Assembly (NCBI GenBank): GCA_964016885.1
Contig: OZ024758.1
Location: 20,832,001 to 20,896,000 of the forward strand
Direction of reading: 5' to 3'
Source of the DNA: Eledone cirrhosa
Lineage: Eukaryota
Length of the DNA stretch: 64,000 nucleotides
Part shown: positions 35,445 to 51,015 of the stretch, one piece after another
Layout: the number at the start of each line of letters is the position of its first letter
How positions within the stretch are numbered: position 1 is the stretch's first letter
Translations under genes and position numbers: made by a program
Notes under the pieces: generated by a model
What the model was told of the DNA's origin: nothing
Databases searched by the model: none
The model's input: the letters and a program-made list of their open reading frames with translations, nothing else

Positions 35445-35625
35445 ATGGTTTCTTATATAGGCACAAGGCCAGCAATGTTTGGGGAAGGTGAAAGTCGATT
35501 AAATCGACCCCAGTGCGTGACTGGTACTTTATTTTATCCACCCCGTAAGGATGAAAGGAAAAGTTAACCTAGGCGGTATTTGAATTCATATCATAAAGGG
35601 CCTCTTCCGTTACTGCCAATCCACC
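35445..35625 (-). mobile_element. tRNA-derived SINE
   Basis: CTGGTACTTTATTTTATCCACCCCGTAAGGATGAAAGG...TACTGCCAATCCACC. Confidence 0.75.
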
Positions 35626-36455
35626 ATAAATAACGTTATATAACTGATTGCCAATCTCTCATTAACTAACAGATAAATAACATAAGGAAAATAGAACACG
35701 TCGCCTCTGTAAGTTTTTTAATTAACATACGAAAAACATTCCTGTAAATCTGGCCTTAACATGTATGAATTAACGCTACTGAAAGCGAATCAATTCGCCT
35801 GCTTCTATAGGAATAATTAGAAAAAATACTATGCATATTTAGAGGAGTTATTTTAGTCACGAAGCCTAGAGTTTTTGCCTAATGTGTATGCGCTTAGAAA
35901 CGTGAGAACAACATTATCAGAGTATGTATATAGCTAGTACATTAGGCATACCTGGGTATCGAGATTGCTATAAATGTTAAAATATATGTTCATTGGCATT
36001 TCTCACTAAATTTGTGGGTCGTTCTCCTGGGTAGAATTACAAATAAAATAAAACGAACGTTCTGCAAATTTCGAATTCTGAAAATGTTAAATGCACTTCA
36101 TATTCCAATATGGCAAGTTCAGTATTCATTAAATAAATCATTGAAACGTGAGTAGAATCTATTATAAACATTCAAAGCGTGTTCAGTTGAAATATTTCAA
36201 ATAGAGAAAAACGAAGTGAAATTTTTTCGAACTCTGTATCAAATGTTGAACACTTTTATCATTTTTGACTGACGCCTAAGGTAACGTTAATATTGTGTTC
36301 TTTGTTCGTTTGTTTATTACGATTCTTATATTTATATACAGAGTAAAATGTCTAAAATATATATAGAGTCAGAAACTCCATCATCCTTCAAAATGCTACA
36401 CATCTGAAGAAAATAAATTTGACACCTGCAGCGCATATAAACTCTCCTTTAAGAG

Positions 36456-36578
<123 letters not shown>

Positions 36579-36589
36579 GTATATGTGGG

Positions 36590-36633
<44 letters not shown>

Positions 36634-37269
36634 CCTGTGTGTGTGTGTGTGTGTATGTGTGAGTGTGTGTGTATGTGTATATGGGTATGTGAATGTGTAC
36701 ATCTAAGTGATATAATCGATACCGAATAGAAATGAAAACAAATGAAAGAACTTAAATAAAATAGAAATTCACGGTTATTGTACTTGACTTCGACAATATA
36801 TTCCATATGAAGAGTCGCATTAAGAATTTTTGTATTGAAATTACATATTTATCAACGTAACATGCAGTCGGATGTTGCAAACAGCTGGAGTTTATATTCG
36901 AATGAAGTTCATTGAAAGTTTTTCAAATGCTTGTGTATTCATATAGTAAAATATTGAAGCAAGGTATATTATTCAGTTATAAAGTAGACGTTATTTATGT
37001 TTAAAATTTCGTTTTTCTTCTTATCGTGGCGTCTGTTTTTATATAGAAATATATATTGATACATCTATCGGTATAACATCAGAATATATACAGATGAATA
37101 TATATTATATAACTGTAAATGAAGCCACGATATGTTTATTTATAGTAAACATAATAGGAATTATATATAGATATAGATATATATTCAACCTATCCACAAT
37201 TCAAAAAAACTAGATATATATATGTACACATGTGTGTGCAGAAATATCTCTCTGTCGCTCGCTCCCCCC

Positions 37270-37301
<32 letters not shown>

Positions 37302-37364
37302 TTCTCACTCTCTCTCTCTCATATATATAAGTATATATATATATATATATATACATATATATAA

Positions 37365-37408
<44 letters not shown>

Positions 37409-39589
37409 GTACCACACACACAAATGTAAATATGAAAGGGATTTCCGGCAGAACCTTTAGTCAATAATGGACAAATTAAATGCAAGCATGTGTATACATA
37501 CCCATGCGGACAAAATGGGTATCATTTGCTTAATGCACATTACATATTAAAGAATTACACATGACGTATAAAAAAAGCTGATAAGTGAATGCCGAAGAAT
37601 ATCCTCAACGTACGATTAGAGCTAGTATATATATATATATATTCTGTGTTGTAGACAATATTAAACCGTTCGAACCTAGAAAACCAATATGTATCTTAAA
37701 GGGTCATAAAAATGACCTGGAAACTCCCAAAATGTTAAACATATATTTATCTTTAAATCAAATATAGGAAGCATGAGTAAATATATATTACATTCAGTAG
37801 TATATCAGCTAAGGAATAGACTGAAAATTAAACACGGGGGAAATAGCAACGAAGTAATGGTTCGTTTCTTGTGAAGTTTAATCCACATCATTATTCACTA
37901 AGTTTGACATAGTTGATTATTGTCTTCTATTTTTCCCCTTCTGCTCAGTAATGTCCATATATTCCCAATGCAGAACTCTGATTTAACAAGGGAAAAACCG
38001 AAATAGGATAATTTCCTTGTATGAAACTTGATTTCATACCTTTAGGTTCATATTACTGCTAAAAATATGTTTGTCAATCTACACAAAGCCTTTTAAAATA
38101 CTACAATATGCAAAGTCAGTTTTTTTTATTTATGAACACTCCACACTTATTTGTTTCATGCAGTGTTTCAAATATGTGCCCTCCCTCTTATATGTTCAAA
38201 ATATTGAAAATTAAATGAGCAAATCTCTCCTGCTTTACCTCTGTTTCGGGTTTTAACACTGGTTGACTTTTCCTGAGATACAAGTCCATTATTTCTCTAA
38301 TTCTGGAAACCTGTTATATTTTTGCAGATTGTTTGTTCTATCATTGTTTGATGCATTTCACACATTTAATTATCCTGCCCAGTCAAGAGATTTGCTTGCA
38401 CTTTAAATTTCTATATTCTGAGAAAGATATAGTTGAAGGTTTTGATATTAAGCTACTGGCTGAAGATTTCCCATGGGCAGAATAAAATTAATGTTGACTA
38501 AAATGACCCAAAGGAGAAAATGGCAATTTATTATTCCTGGATAATATAGATCGTACTCATACAATTATCCAGTCATTCTAATGCTATAATGATTTTAGCA
38601 CACGGCTTCATTTCCAGCAGCGACAAAGCCTATTATTTAACAATAACTATTACGAATTATCATAATTAAAATATTAGATGCTGGTGTGTCTCTTAACCTC
38701 CAACGAATTAAATTTATATATGTATTTTTAATTATATTCCCAGAATTATTTAAGAATGATATTACTATCGAAAATATTGTTGTTGCTTTTTAATAAATCT
38801 AATAACATAATGCAACATTATAAGAGATATAATTTAGATTAAAATCATTAATACAATTTCATGAATCAATTCCGAAAGTTAATGGTTGTAGCAGTTTGTT
38901 CTTTACAATATTTAGTCATGGGATTTGGGCCATGCCGTGCATCATATTCCAGGATATAGACTATTACATTGATTCAAGTAAATATTAGATTACATCGACA
39001 TAGCAATAATAGGTTTGTATGAGAATCTACAGCAATATTTAAAACTGCTTCATACAGAGACGTAATCAAATTCTACAGAGTTATGTTCACCATGATCTAC
39101 CTAAATGTTTATCGATTTGGTAGAAAAGGAAATTTATTCCATTTGATGGTAATATTTGATGGTAAACTGTTGTAGTCTAATGGGTAACAAACATCATAGT
39201 GCTGTTTATAAATTAATATGACGACACGCATAGAGTTAAAATAAAAATATATATGATGGAATTCATCAATACAAAGTATTTTATGGTTGAGATCACTCAG
39301 TTTCGTAAAGATACATTTTCATATATATATATTCTCTCTTTATTGGGTACAAGGGACCGAGCAAAACCAACTGAGAGGGCATCCAGTGGAAGACATTAAG
39401 CAAGATGGCTGGATAGCATCCATGATTTTGGCTCGTCTCACTAAGAGATCCAATCAGATCAGTTGGAGACGGTTGGTTCTGACAGAAATTGCTGCAAGGA
39501 GTGTTTGAAATTCTATCCCTAGGATCCACTAAGGTATTAAGTGGGGAAAGATAAAGAAGAGAAGAATTGGACGGAACGTTCATGTAAAT

Positions 39590-39808
39590 AATGGTTTCTT
39601 ATATATGCGCAAGGCCAGTAATTTGGGGGAGGGGAAAGTCGATTAAATCGACACCAGTGCGTGACAGGTACTTTATTTTATCGACCCCATAATGATTTAA
39701 GGCAAAGTTAACCTCGGCCGGATTTGAGCTCGGATCATAAAGAGCCGTAACTCTATGCTGCAAAGCATGGCGTCCGACTCTCTACCGATACTGCTAATCC
39801 ACCGCCTT
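39590..39808 (-). mobile_element. tRNA-derived SINE with probable TSD
   Basis: Full-length minus-strand copy with TTCATGTAAA on both sides. Confidence 0.8.
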
Positions 39809-40882
39809 CACTTTCATGTAAATAATAAGATTGTTTAGATATCAGTGAGTGCAATACTAACATACTTAATTTATCTTCCTATCCACATTTATATGTTCAT
39901 GCTCGTTCATGGCCAATTCTTACTTATAAGGTCATATACCAATTTAAACATTGGATCTATGTTAGTGCTGGGGACGTTATATTACCAAAGTATATATGTG
40001 AAATTATTTGAGTAGAACTAAATCTTAGATAAATAATTTCTATGAGAGTGTCTCATTTAAAATGTTGACATTAAATAATACAAAGTATTTTATGTCAACC
40101 TACTATTCTTACATTTTTACATTGAATTTTTGTGATTTATTTAAACAATGTATAACATTAGAAAATGTAATCATCTTATTCTTACATTTTTATGCAAAAC
40201 AAATTTTAAGAATTAAATAAATGAGAGAATTCAATAAGAAAAGCCTTTTTAATGACATTAAATTGATTTTGTACAACAATTTCAAAGAATTATATTGATA
40301 AGAAAACAAAGAAGAATTTCTAAAATTATAAATGAAAAAATAATTTCTTTCAAATAGATTTGTGTCCTACATGTAGCTCATATAAACTTTAATTGAGTGT
40401 CTAACATACTTTTATTTTATTTTATTCATTTCGAAGCCATACACTTATTTTCCTTACGTTAATTACATTTTCAAACAAAATTCTTGATTATTTTATGTGA
40501 TTAAAGACTGTTAAATAGACTAAAACAGATCGATCGATCGGCATACTTGCATGAGCGCATGCCGCTTATAATGTCTATTTACTGCTCTGTAATTTCAAAA
40601 AGGATAATACGTAAATTAGATATATATTTCAAGAGACGGCGTTGATTTGACCTCATGCCGTGTTTATAAGGGAATAATAGCGGATTTCGATATATTTCCA
40701 TATTCATATGAATATATATTATTCTTGACGGAGATATAGCATGCATAAAAAAATCAATTACTGTACACTGGAGATATAGTTGTTTACGATAATACAATTT
40801 AGCGGTATATATACTTGACTAAAATATATTAACTGGATATCACTTTGTTTTATATTCGAATTAACATGAAATATATCTGTGA

Positions 40883-40939
<57 letters not shown>

Positions 40940-40990
40940 GTTTATATTTGTTTACAGTTTCCCCTCCTCATTCTCCTCCCCACCACTCTC

Positions 40991-41018
40991 CTGATGAAGG
41001 GCTTAAGCCCGAAACGTC
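40991..41018 (+). ncRNA. Minimal Penelope-type hammerhead core (family E)
   Basis: CTGATGA-A-GGGC-TTAA-GCCC-GAAAC-GTC. Stem I is not evident; a TA tract lies ~85 bp downstream. Confidence 0.7.
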
Positions 41019-41179
41019 GCACCTACACACCCCGCTCTCAATAAGCGTGAACCTAATAACTTACTCCACTTTTACTCCTGTGTTGTTGTTTTTTACTTTC
41101 ACAAATATATATATATATATTAGAAAGTGAGGTTTTTTTACAAAATGAAAAATAACCGAGGTGTCCTACACGAGTGAAA

Positions 41180-41555
<376 letters not shown>

Positions 41556-42119
41556 TAGATTGATAGGTAGATAGATAGATAGGTAGATAGATAAATATTG
41601 ATATTTTATTTATGGAAACTAAATAATTCCCACCGTAGAAATGTCTGTTGCAGCTTCTCACTACATTTTTTAACGAATATTTGGATATTTATTATACCTA
41701 ATTGTTTTTATTACATCTTGTTGTACATTGTTCTTCATGTGGGTCACATTCCACACACATTTCAGTATATCGGCCTAGCACTTTGTTTATGATCTTGTTT
41801 TATAAGCTAGTAATAGATAAACTAACAATTGACCTTGTCTATTTTATTATTATATTATATTTATGGCGTGTTGTTTTGAAACGGTTTATGGTGTGAGTGA
41901 ACTATTGAACTAGTCGTCTTTATTTCGTTTGCTGGTCATTCACTTTGTTTATGCTCTTAGATGAATCTGTTTATTCTATGCATAAGTACGTACCGAATGG
42001 TCTTCGATTGTCGTTAAGTGATTTTTTGTTAACCGTTATGGTTGATATTTCATTATAAATCAAACAGTTAGAGGTGTATTTTTCTCTGCGTACGTTTTTA
42101 TTAAGGTGTAATTTGGTCA

Positions 42120-42228
42120 AACTGCCGAGGTTAACTGTGCCTTTCATCCTTACGGGTTCGATAAAATAAAGTACCAGTAATGCACTGGGATAGTTGCTGG
42201 CCTTGTTCCAAAAGTAGAAACAGTTATT
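42120..42228 (+). mobile_element. tRNA-derived SINE, 5'-truncated
   Basis: GCCGAGGTTAACTGTGCCTTTCATCCTTACGGGTTCGATAAAATAAAGTACCAG. Confidence 0.75.
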
Positions 42229-42584
42229 GGGTTGTCAGTTTCTCTCTCATTTTCTGAGTAGTCGGAAAGACCTCGAAACTTTAAAACACTTTGATTTAAG
42301 GGCCATAGCGTTCCAAACTAAATATAAAGAATTAATATGAAAGCAGAAAACAGAAAACATTTTAAAAGAATGTGATTATTCTGGAGGACAATCCTGATTT
42401 CAATAACACACACACATACGCACACACGCCTATACGTGTATATATAAAGAGAGGCATATATAGACAAAATGAGAATGAGAAACGGCGATTGAAGAAGCGA
42501 AAGCTAGAGACATATATCCATATACACGTATATGTATTATGAATACAAACATCCATTCTCACAAACACACACACAGGCACAAAC

Positions 42585-42641
<57 letters not shown>

Positions 42642-42828
42642 CATCATCTTTCTTCGTCCTCTTGTTTTAGTTCCTATTGCCTCAGAATTTAAGCTTATCA
42701 TGTAATGAAGATGTGTAATGAGATCATGGCACAGGTTGTGCGGTATCGTGTGGCCACTGCCATCAGAAATATGTATCACAGCCTTACTAATAAAGGACTT
42801 TAAAATGTGCAACTACTGCGCATTTTCT

Positions 42829-42890
<62 letters not shown>

Positions 42891-43496
42891 AAGGTGCAAA
42901 GCTTTGGTGCATGCAATCCAGGTATTGTTCAGAGAGTTTATTCAGGGTCGGGTAATTGTATTTGGTAGCTCTCTGAAACACAAAAGTGACAGCACTTGTG
43001 TCCTATATAGATATATATATTTAAAGGTTAAACAAGGTTCAATGAATAAATCAATGAATACAGTTTTACAATAGATTAGAAGCACTCCATATATTTGGTT
43101 TTCCGGAGTTATTAATATTAATTCAAAATATTAACAAAAATAGATATTCGTGTGATAATATATATTTTATTATACATATTTTAGAGGTACTGAGGTATCT
43201 TCAACAGTGCGTCCTCTTCAGATAAAATAAGATGATGCATGACATACCTTGATTAAGCAGATGTTTAAAATTCAGTCATGCCATGATTGAATTTTAACCA
43301 TCTACTTAGTCAAAAGCATTTTTCAAAAGCAATTGCTTTTGAAAAGAGCTGATGATATGCATGTAAGTAAATATTCTCTTTATCTGATATTTTGTAACGG
43401 AGTATAGATACAATGTACTATCAACTCCTAGAAACGATCGGAAAGCAGTGACGTATATCTCTAATGACTTGATTTTTTTAATTTATTGTGTTAACT

Positions 43497-43531
<35 letters not shown>

Positions 43532-43536
<5 letters not shown>

Positions 43537-43845
43537 AGATTTGAATGGATACAGTTTAGTTGAAAGGAATTTATTGACACGTGTTTCTATAACAGTTACA
43601 TAACCTAAAACAGCTATCTACAAACTTTTAGTTATGCAGACATTCAATATTTCAATGTTATTGTTTACTGTCATTTCATCAATGTTATTGTTTACTGATG
43701 AAATGACAGTAAACAATAACATTGAAATATTGAATGTCTGCATAACTAAAAGTTTGTAGATAGCTGTTTTAGGTTATGTAACTGTTATAGAAACACGTGT
43801 CAATAAATTCCTTTCAACTAAACTGTATCCATTCAAATCTTTCTA
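43532..43845. repeat. Perfect 150-bp-arm foldback with a 14-nt spacer; hammerhead core (family G) at 43695-43738
   Basis: Arms are 43532-43681 and 43696-43845. Core: CTGATGA-AATG-ACAGTAAACAATAA-CATT-GAAA-TATT-G-AATG-TC. Confidence 0.85.
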
Positions 43846-43953
43846 TTTTTCTCCGGATTACTTTTGGAACTACAACTGGAACCGTCGAGCAAACTCTACG
43901 TGAGCTGATAATCTACTGTGTGTAATATTTATATTACAACACAACGGAAAAAA

Positions 43954-44000
<47 letters not shown>

Positions 44001-44118
44001 TAATAATACATTTGCAGACTAAATTACAAAGAGGGCTCGATAAGGATAAATATATATCAAATATATAAGAACCCTAGAGCAAATATATATTAAAATAACG
44101 GATTAAAGTTTAAGCAAA

Positions 44119-44153
<35 letters not shown>

Positions 44154-44724
44154 GGCAAATATGTCCGTGCAGTCAGACTTTCACAAAAAACCAACGTGAT
44201 ATAATGCAAGTGGAAAAACGATATATACATGGATAAAAATGTTCAGATGATGGTATAATATGGAAATAATACTTGTGGATATTTCACAGGAATTTATACA
44301 CAGAAGAGTATTGATTCCTGAGTTGAATTTGGTCTCAGAAGAGAACACATTTCTTGGAGAATCCATAATTTTAATTTCATTAAAACATGATTTGATTTAA
44401 CCAACCTTTCATTAATTTATTTACTTTAGCGAAACGCCTGATTAAATTAACCATGATAATTGTAGAACTTTCGGAAAAATGAATAACATTTTTTTTTCTT
44501 TCCATTTGTCTTGTGTTGTTGCTATTATTGTTGTTGTTGGTATTGTTTATGTAGTCTTCCTTCTTGTTACACTTTGTCTTTCTTCTCTTGCTTTGCTCTA
44601 TCACTGCTGATTATTACAACATTTTTATATTTATTTATCAGCCAAACAAAAGAAGTGGAAATTTTCAGAATAATGCTTACAAATTCATATATACGATCGT
44701 ATGTGTGTGGTTAAATGCTTATAA

Positions 44725-44773
<49 letters not shown>

Positions 44774-45965
44774 TATATATATATATATGTATGCATGCAT
44801 ATATATAGTGTGTGTGGGTGTGTATTTATGTATGCGTGTGTATTTGTGCGCGTATATGTGGGTGTGTGTGTTTGTGTTTGTGTGTGTATGTGTATGTGGT
44901 TGTATGTGTGGATGTGAGTGAAAGCATATATGCATGCTCTTTTCTCCCTTTCTGAAAACGAAGGGGTTGTTTTGAGCGTGGAATACAAAAAAAAAGGAAA
45001 ACCTAATATATATTTAATCTATTTTATCGGAAACAAAGAGAAAATACAGTGCGGCATTTAATCTAATAACCATGATATTATTTCTCAAAATAAACTAATT
45101 AAAGTGATATTCGTTGGTTTTTAGTATCCAAACACACCTCAAATTAACTATCTTTAAATGTAATTTATTATTCACAGAATGTGAATATTTGTTTGTTTTA
45201 GGAATATGCATCAACAATATACAATATAATATTTACACAATTGCACTTCGCTTATTCTGTATCTAAGCACACGAAGAGAATATTTCACTAACATAAACAT
45301 TAATGAGAGATTACAAAACAACTACAAACAGATGTAGGATTTTGTTTGCAAACAAATGGTTGTAAAAATATTTACACTTATGAATATATATATATACTTT
45401 CTCCATGAGATAAATAAGATATAAATCCAGATATAAAACTTTTATTTATGGATACATTTGAAGTGAGTGTGTTTTAAGGATCAGTAAAACAGAACAGGAA
45501 GCAAAACTGAATAGAACTGTATACAATGGACCATCAGGTTTACAGCTATATTGCATTTCAATAAAATCAATGTATGTATAATTATACATGTAATGCATAA
45601 AATATCCTTTCATTATATTTATAAAATCTGAAACAAATATATACTTGAAAAGATATATGCCAGTGCTCCCGCATTGTCTATATGCATGTATACACATTCA
45701 CAAACACATACACAAATATACATATATACATACAAATACTCACACACACACACACACACAACAACACACACATATATATATATATATATATCAACTAGAA
45801 ATTGATTGACATATAATTAAACATATGAAACAATCACAGGGGATAATTTGTAAAAGTGTGTAGGCACGCATAGGTAGGAAGGTAAATAAATAAAGTTTAA
45901 CTAGAACTTCAAAAATAGATACCTTATAATTTGATTCCTTAATTTAATTCAATTTATCTTAATTT

Positions 45966-46019
<54 letters not shown>

Positions 46020-46032
46020 TATATATATATAG

Positions 46033-46115
<83 letters not shown>

Positions 46116-46120
<5 letters not shown>

Positions 46121-46278
46121 ATAATAATAAATTCGAAGACTAAAATCCAAAGAGGGCTCGATAAGGATAAATATATAACAAATATATAAGAACCGTAGAG
46201 CAAATATTTATTAAAATAACAGATGAAAGTTTAAGCAAAGAATCGCTGCTTTCACCCTTAACATGATCTTCTGAAACT
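46116..46278 (-). mobile_element. Family C element, complete short unit from the variant hammerhead to (TA)n
   Basis: Minus strand AGTTT-CAGAAGA-TCAT-GTTAA-GGGT-GAAA-GCA-GCGATTCTT-TGC-TT-AAACT, then a tail ending TTATTATTAC(TA)n. Confidence 0.75.
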
Positions 46279-46367
46279 AACAAAGTCAATCTGTGAATGC
46301 AGAAGTGAATATTTCAAAAAATGTTGCAACCGGAGGAAGACAAGAAGACAATCCTTTGGTTCGTGGA

Positions 46368-46632
46368 AACGTTCCCTGGCAAAGAACGGGAAAAAACGAA
46401 TATAATACGTCATTATTTGAGCGGTGAAAAACAATTACACTAAAGACAAAACCATGTTTATGGTATAAACGAAGTCGTGGACTAATATTCTATTAGGTGG
46501 TTCATAGAGACGTTCTCTGGCAATGAACGGAAAAAACGAAGATAATACGTCATATGTGGAGCGGGTGGACCAATTGCGCGCAAAGACTAAACCACGTACA
46601 TAGAATAACTGAAGTCGTAGACTAAAATTCTA
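46368..46632. repeat. Diverged tandem duplication, unit ~140 bp
   Basis: ACGTTCCCTGGCAAAGAACGGGAAAAAACGAATATAATACGTCAT...GAAGTCGTGGACTAATATTCTA versus ACGTTCTCTGGCAATGAACGGAAAAAACGAAGATAATACGTCAT...GAAGTCGTAGACTAAAATTCTA. Confidence 0.7.
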
Positions 46633-47956
46633 ACTAGGAAACCGAATGATTCTCGGCTTCAGAGTTAAGAATAAAGTAAATAAAATACAGAGGTAATTGA
46701 AATTAAATAAATACATACACGCATCTATATACGTACATACACAAGCATATGCGTAAACACTCGCCATATGTATACAAATACACGCACGTACACACAAAAA
46801 ACCCGCACGCACATAACATGCAGAATCCACGCAACGCCTGTATACACCAAATACACATCATATAGTATAACATATTACTGTTAACTTATTTTTAGTTGCA
46901 TCTGTGCGCGAGGCATTAACTGTCGTACTAATTTGTCTAAGCGAAAAATTATTTAAAGAATATCTGCAAAATATTTAGATATTATATAAGTGTTCAGTAT
47001 ATTACGAGAGAACACTGTTTTCTACAAATCAATGCACATATTTCAGTGATTAATCTTTGCGGAACAAAGATAAATCTTATTCAGTCCTTACAATATATTC
47101 ATAAACATCGTCAACGTCATAAACCGTTATCCGCTTTATTACCATCATTGGTTTCTATCATCAACAGCAGGAAGACGATTATATTCATCCTCTACATAAT
47201 ATTTCCTTCCATTCATCATCATCATCATGATCATTATAAGTGTTTTTATCAACGTCATCATCATCATCCTCAAAACATTCCATATATTAAGCGTTATTAC
47301 TATATTTATTACTATCAACCCCATGATCATATACCCACGTCATTATTAACAGAAATATCTGGCTCGATAGATTAGAGGGAGAATCATGGTCATAATCATC
47401 ACCCATGTCATCTCATCGAAATTTCATTACATTGAACTCAGTCTATGCTAATGAAAAAGCAGCGTTAATGAATAGTTGAATTCTTTTCTGTTATCCCGAT
47501 AGATTTCACGAGCGATTGAAGCTAGTACACAATTTCCGCTCCAATGCTTCAAATCATAACCTTCAAATTTTCAATCATCTATTTATTGATAAAGTCCACT
47601 TCCATTAGAGAAGGAAGCCCCAGACAGTTGGTTAACAATTGTTTGTGCTATCGCTGGAATAATCCATGTCAACATGGACTGTAAAACGATGTTACTGGAT
47701 TAATAACAACCTCATATCAACGGTATCATTAAATACTCAAATCTCAGCATCTAATGTGTCTGTCGTCGTATCTAATATGTCCCTCTGTATTAACTCTCTG
47801 GAACTCTCTATTCTCCTATCGCCTTCCCTTTGTCTATTTATTCGCAGCCTGTTTTGTCCAAGTTCAATCATATAAAATAAAATAGACTAAGTACGTTGTT
47901 CAAACATTAAGCGCTAGTAACCAATCTGCATTTGTATATCAGTATATCCACTCTCT

Positions 47957-48149
47957 ATTCATCCTCCGCCTCTTCCTCCTCCTCCTCATCATCATATTCA
48001 TCATCATCATCATCATCATCATCAACGTCATCGTCATCATCATCATCCTCATCATCGTCATCATCGTCGTCGTCATCGTCGCCATCGTCATCGGCGCCAT
48101 CATCATCGTCATCGGCGTCATCATCATCGTCATCGTTTGTCGTCATCGT
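47957..48149. repeat. Compound (TCA/TCG/TCC)n trinucleotide microsatellite
   Basis: Direct inspection; it generates the spurious poly-Ser, poly-Asp and poly-Met ORFs. Confidence 0.9.
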
Positions 48150-49541
48150 CGGCCTCTCTCTCTCTCTCTAGCAACAACACACGCTGAGGCATGCGCACAC
48201 ATGTATACATAATAGGTTTCTACGAGTATATATTCTCCCATATAATAGGAACTAATCGCTATATAATTTTGATGTCATATACATTTAGGATATTTTTTGT
48301 TGTAAGTTATTATTTTCAACTGCACCAAAAATGCATATTGTTTGTTCTAAAATATAAACTAATCTGTACCAAATGAGGTTTGTATCTCTCTATGAACTCT
48401 ACAGTATAATTTTCAATCGTATGTGTATCCCCGTATGATGTAAGTGACTAAGGAATCCAATCCAACCTAAGAGAAAGCGAATTTAAAATTGCTCATCTGA
48501 TATTATAGTCTGTAATCCATTGCCTAGTAAGAGAACAAATAGTCATAAATTTCTCATATGTCTATGTACTGTGTTGGAGCGTTGTTGTTATGGTGAAGGT
48601 CAAACAAGACAGCACGATATTCTCAATTTCTCAAGACTCACATTTTAGTAAAGCAAACAAAATAAGTGTATATTTTAGTTAAATAATTGTTTCTACAATA
48701 GGCACGAGGCCAGGAATTATCTCAGTGTATTACTGGTACTTTATTATATCGACCCCCGTTCAAACTCCCATATATTTTTTTATAGATTACACATCACTAT
48801 GATTTCGGAGAAAGCAGGAGAGGATAAGGTGTTTAACAATCTATGGATCTGATTACAAATGCTTATGGAACAGGTGAGATAAGTGTGTTGACTACATCAC
48901 AACATATATTTTTTTTTAAGTTTCAAAATAAACGGGTTTTTACAAATGTAACACAAAAGAAACAAATTGGATATAAAGAAGATAAGATGGAACGAACGAA
49001 GGAGAGGAAGATCGAAGCGATTGAAAAATATTTGGTAGAAGAAAAACATAGAATTAGTGAGATGTTCTAGCCAGATTATAGGGAGACGTTATTTGGAAAA
49101 ATAGCTATTTACAATAATGAACATTTTATAGTGCCGTCGGGATTCGTTCACACAATAATGTTGGGAAGAATACAGAAAAAAGTGTTAACATCAGGATGGA
49201 TATATACCTAGGTCTGAGAATAATAGTGACAAAACCATATCAATAGAGCTATTAGTGCTAAATGAAAATGTAAATAACTCGGACTCTGTGGAGACAAATA
49301 AAAGAGTTGATATTTGAAAGTATTCCCCGAACAATGTTGCTTATATCTACAACAGGTTGGGTTAGAGCTACTAAATAAATACAGAGAAACGCGTCAATAA
49401 TAAATTATAACATTAATTAACCATGAGAGTAAATATATATTTGAAAGAGGAAATTAGCATCTTACAAAGAGTCAAAATCAAAGTCGCGAATGAAAATATC
49501 TGTGTATCTATTCACTCGCTCACAACCTACCTCGCTCTCAC

Positions 49542-49650
<109 letters not shown>

Positions 49651-49668
49651 ATATACATATATATATAC

Positions 49669-49770
<102 letters not shown>

Positions 49771-50381
49771 ATATACATATACATACCTACATACAGACGT
49801 CGTGTTTGTAATTATTTCGCGAGTTTCTTGGTATCAAAGTATTGAAACATATATTGTTATCCTTTATATAGTTAAGCTACTAATAATAACGGAAGCTCTA
49901 TTTGAGTTCCAGTTCACTTTATTGGTAGTTCAGTAAGTAATCTGTTCTTCAGTTAATTTAATAACCAGGTGGTCCTTTAAATGGTAATTGTCAAAACCCT
50001 TTCGCCCCACAACCTATGAACTTCTCAATGAATATTACCGATCCTTTCTATCTTGTCTCACTTCTTTTGCCTGATCCTCCTCTTTCTACTACAATCAAAC
50101 ACCCGGTTACTAACCCAACGAATAAATGGATTAGTTACTTCACTAATAAAATAAGTGAAACACCGCTACTGATTTTGTTATTCTTTCCTTAGAAACTGTT
50201 CTATACAGATCAGGTTATGTAAGGAGAATAATTTAATTAAGGGTTATATATATTTAACTCCTCTTTGTAACCTCTAGAAAATGCATATTAAAAATGTTTA
50301 ACCTCGCATTAGGTACATGATTTGACCATCCTTTATACATATACCAGGTGCGCTTCTTAATCCCTTTTGTATCACTTTCTC

Positions 50382-50421
<40 letters not shown>

Positions 50422-50548
50422 TTATAGTAATAATAATACATTTGAAGACTTAATACATATATATATATATGTAGGATGTGTTTTAATGTAGCACAATAAA
50501 GTAATGCATATATCGGATAAGTAGCACTCTGAAGTTTGTAGGACTGGA

Positions 50549-50665
50549 GTATAAATAATATAAGATCAAAAGATGGTTAAAAGAGTTCCATGATGATATT
50601 TGTTTTTGAAATGCGCATAATAAAATAATTGGAACTCTTTTAACCCTCTTTTGATCTTATATTAT

Positions 50666-50668
<3 letters not shown>
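50549..50668. repeat. Foldback abutting (TA)n with a minimal hammerhead-like core in the loop (family H, 50591-50619)
   Basis: Arms TAATATAAGATCAAAAGATGGTTAAAAGAGTTCCA / TGGAACTCTTTTAACCCTCTTTTGATCTTATATTA. The loop begins TGATGA...T-GAAA-T-GCGC-A-TA (palindrome ATGCGCAT); stem II is unpaired. Confidence 0.6.
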
Positions 50669-50739
<71 letters not shown>

Positions 50740-50743
<4 letters not shown>

Positions 50744-50944
50744 ATAATAATAACAAATGTGAAGACTAAAATCCAATGAGGGTTCCATAAGGATGAATAT
50801 ATATCAAATATATAAGAGCCCTAGAGCAAATATTTTTTTTAAATAATAGATTTTAAAATTTAAGTCAAGAATCGTTCCTTTCACACTTAACGGGATCATC
50901 TGAAGATCCCGTTAAGTGTGAAAGCAGCGATTCTTGGCTTAAAC

Positions 50945-50950
<6 letters not shown>
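50740..50950. mobile_element. Family C element with foldback at the ribozyme core, TA tracts on both sides
   Basis: TTTCACACTTAACGGGATC-ATCTGAA-GATCCCGTTAAGTGTGAAA; the minus-strand core reads CAGATGA. Confidence 0.75.

Positions 50951-51015
<65 letters not shown>

Noticed and set aside
39350-39520. Possible RTE ORF 3' remnant (..RWLDSIHD..)
   Set aside because: Too short and degenerate to support without an alignment.
42254-42285. CTGAGTA-GTC-GGAAA-GAC-CTC-GAAAC, a possible ninth hammerhead
   Set aside because: G8 is missing, stem II is offset, and no stem III, NUH or stem I could be built.
47932-48171. Poly-Asp, poly-Ser and poly-Met ORFs
   Set aside because: A trinucleotide microsatellite with no supporting splice or coding context.
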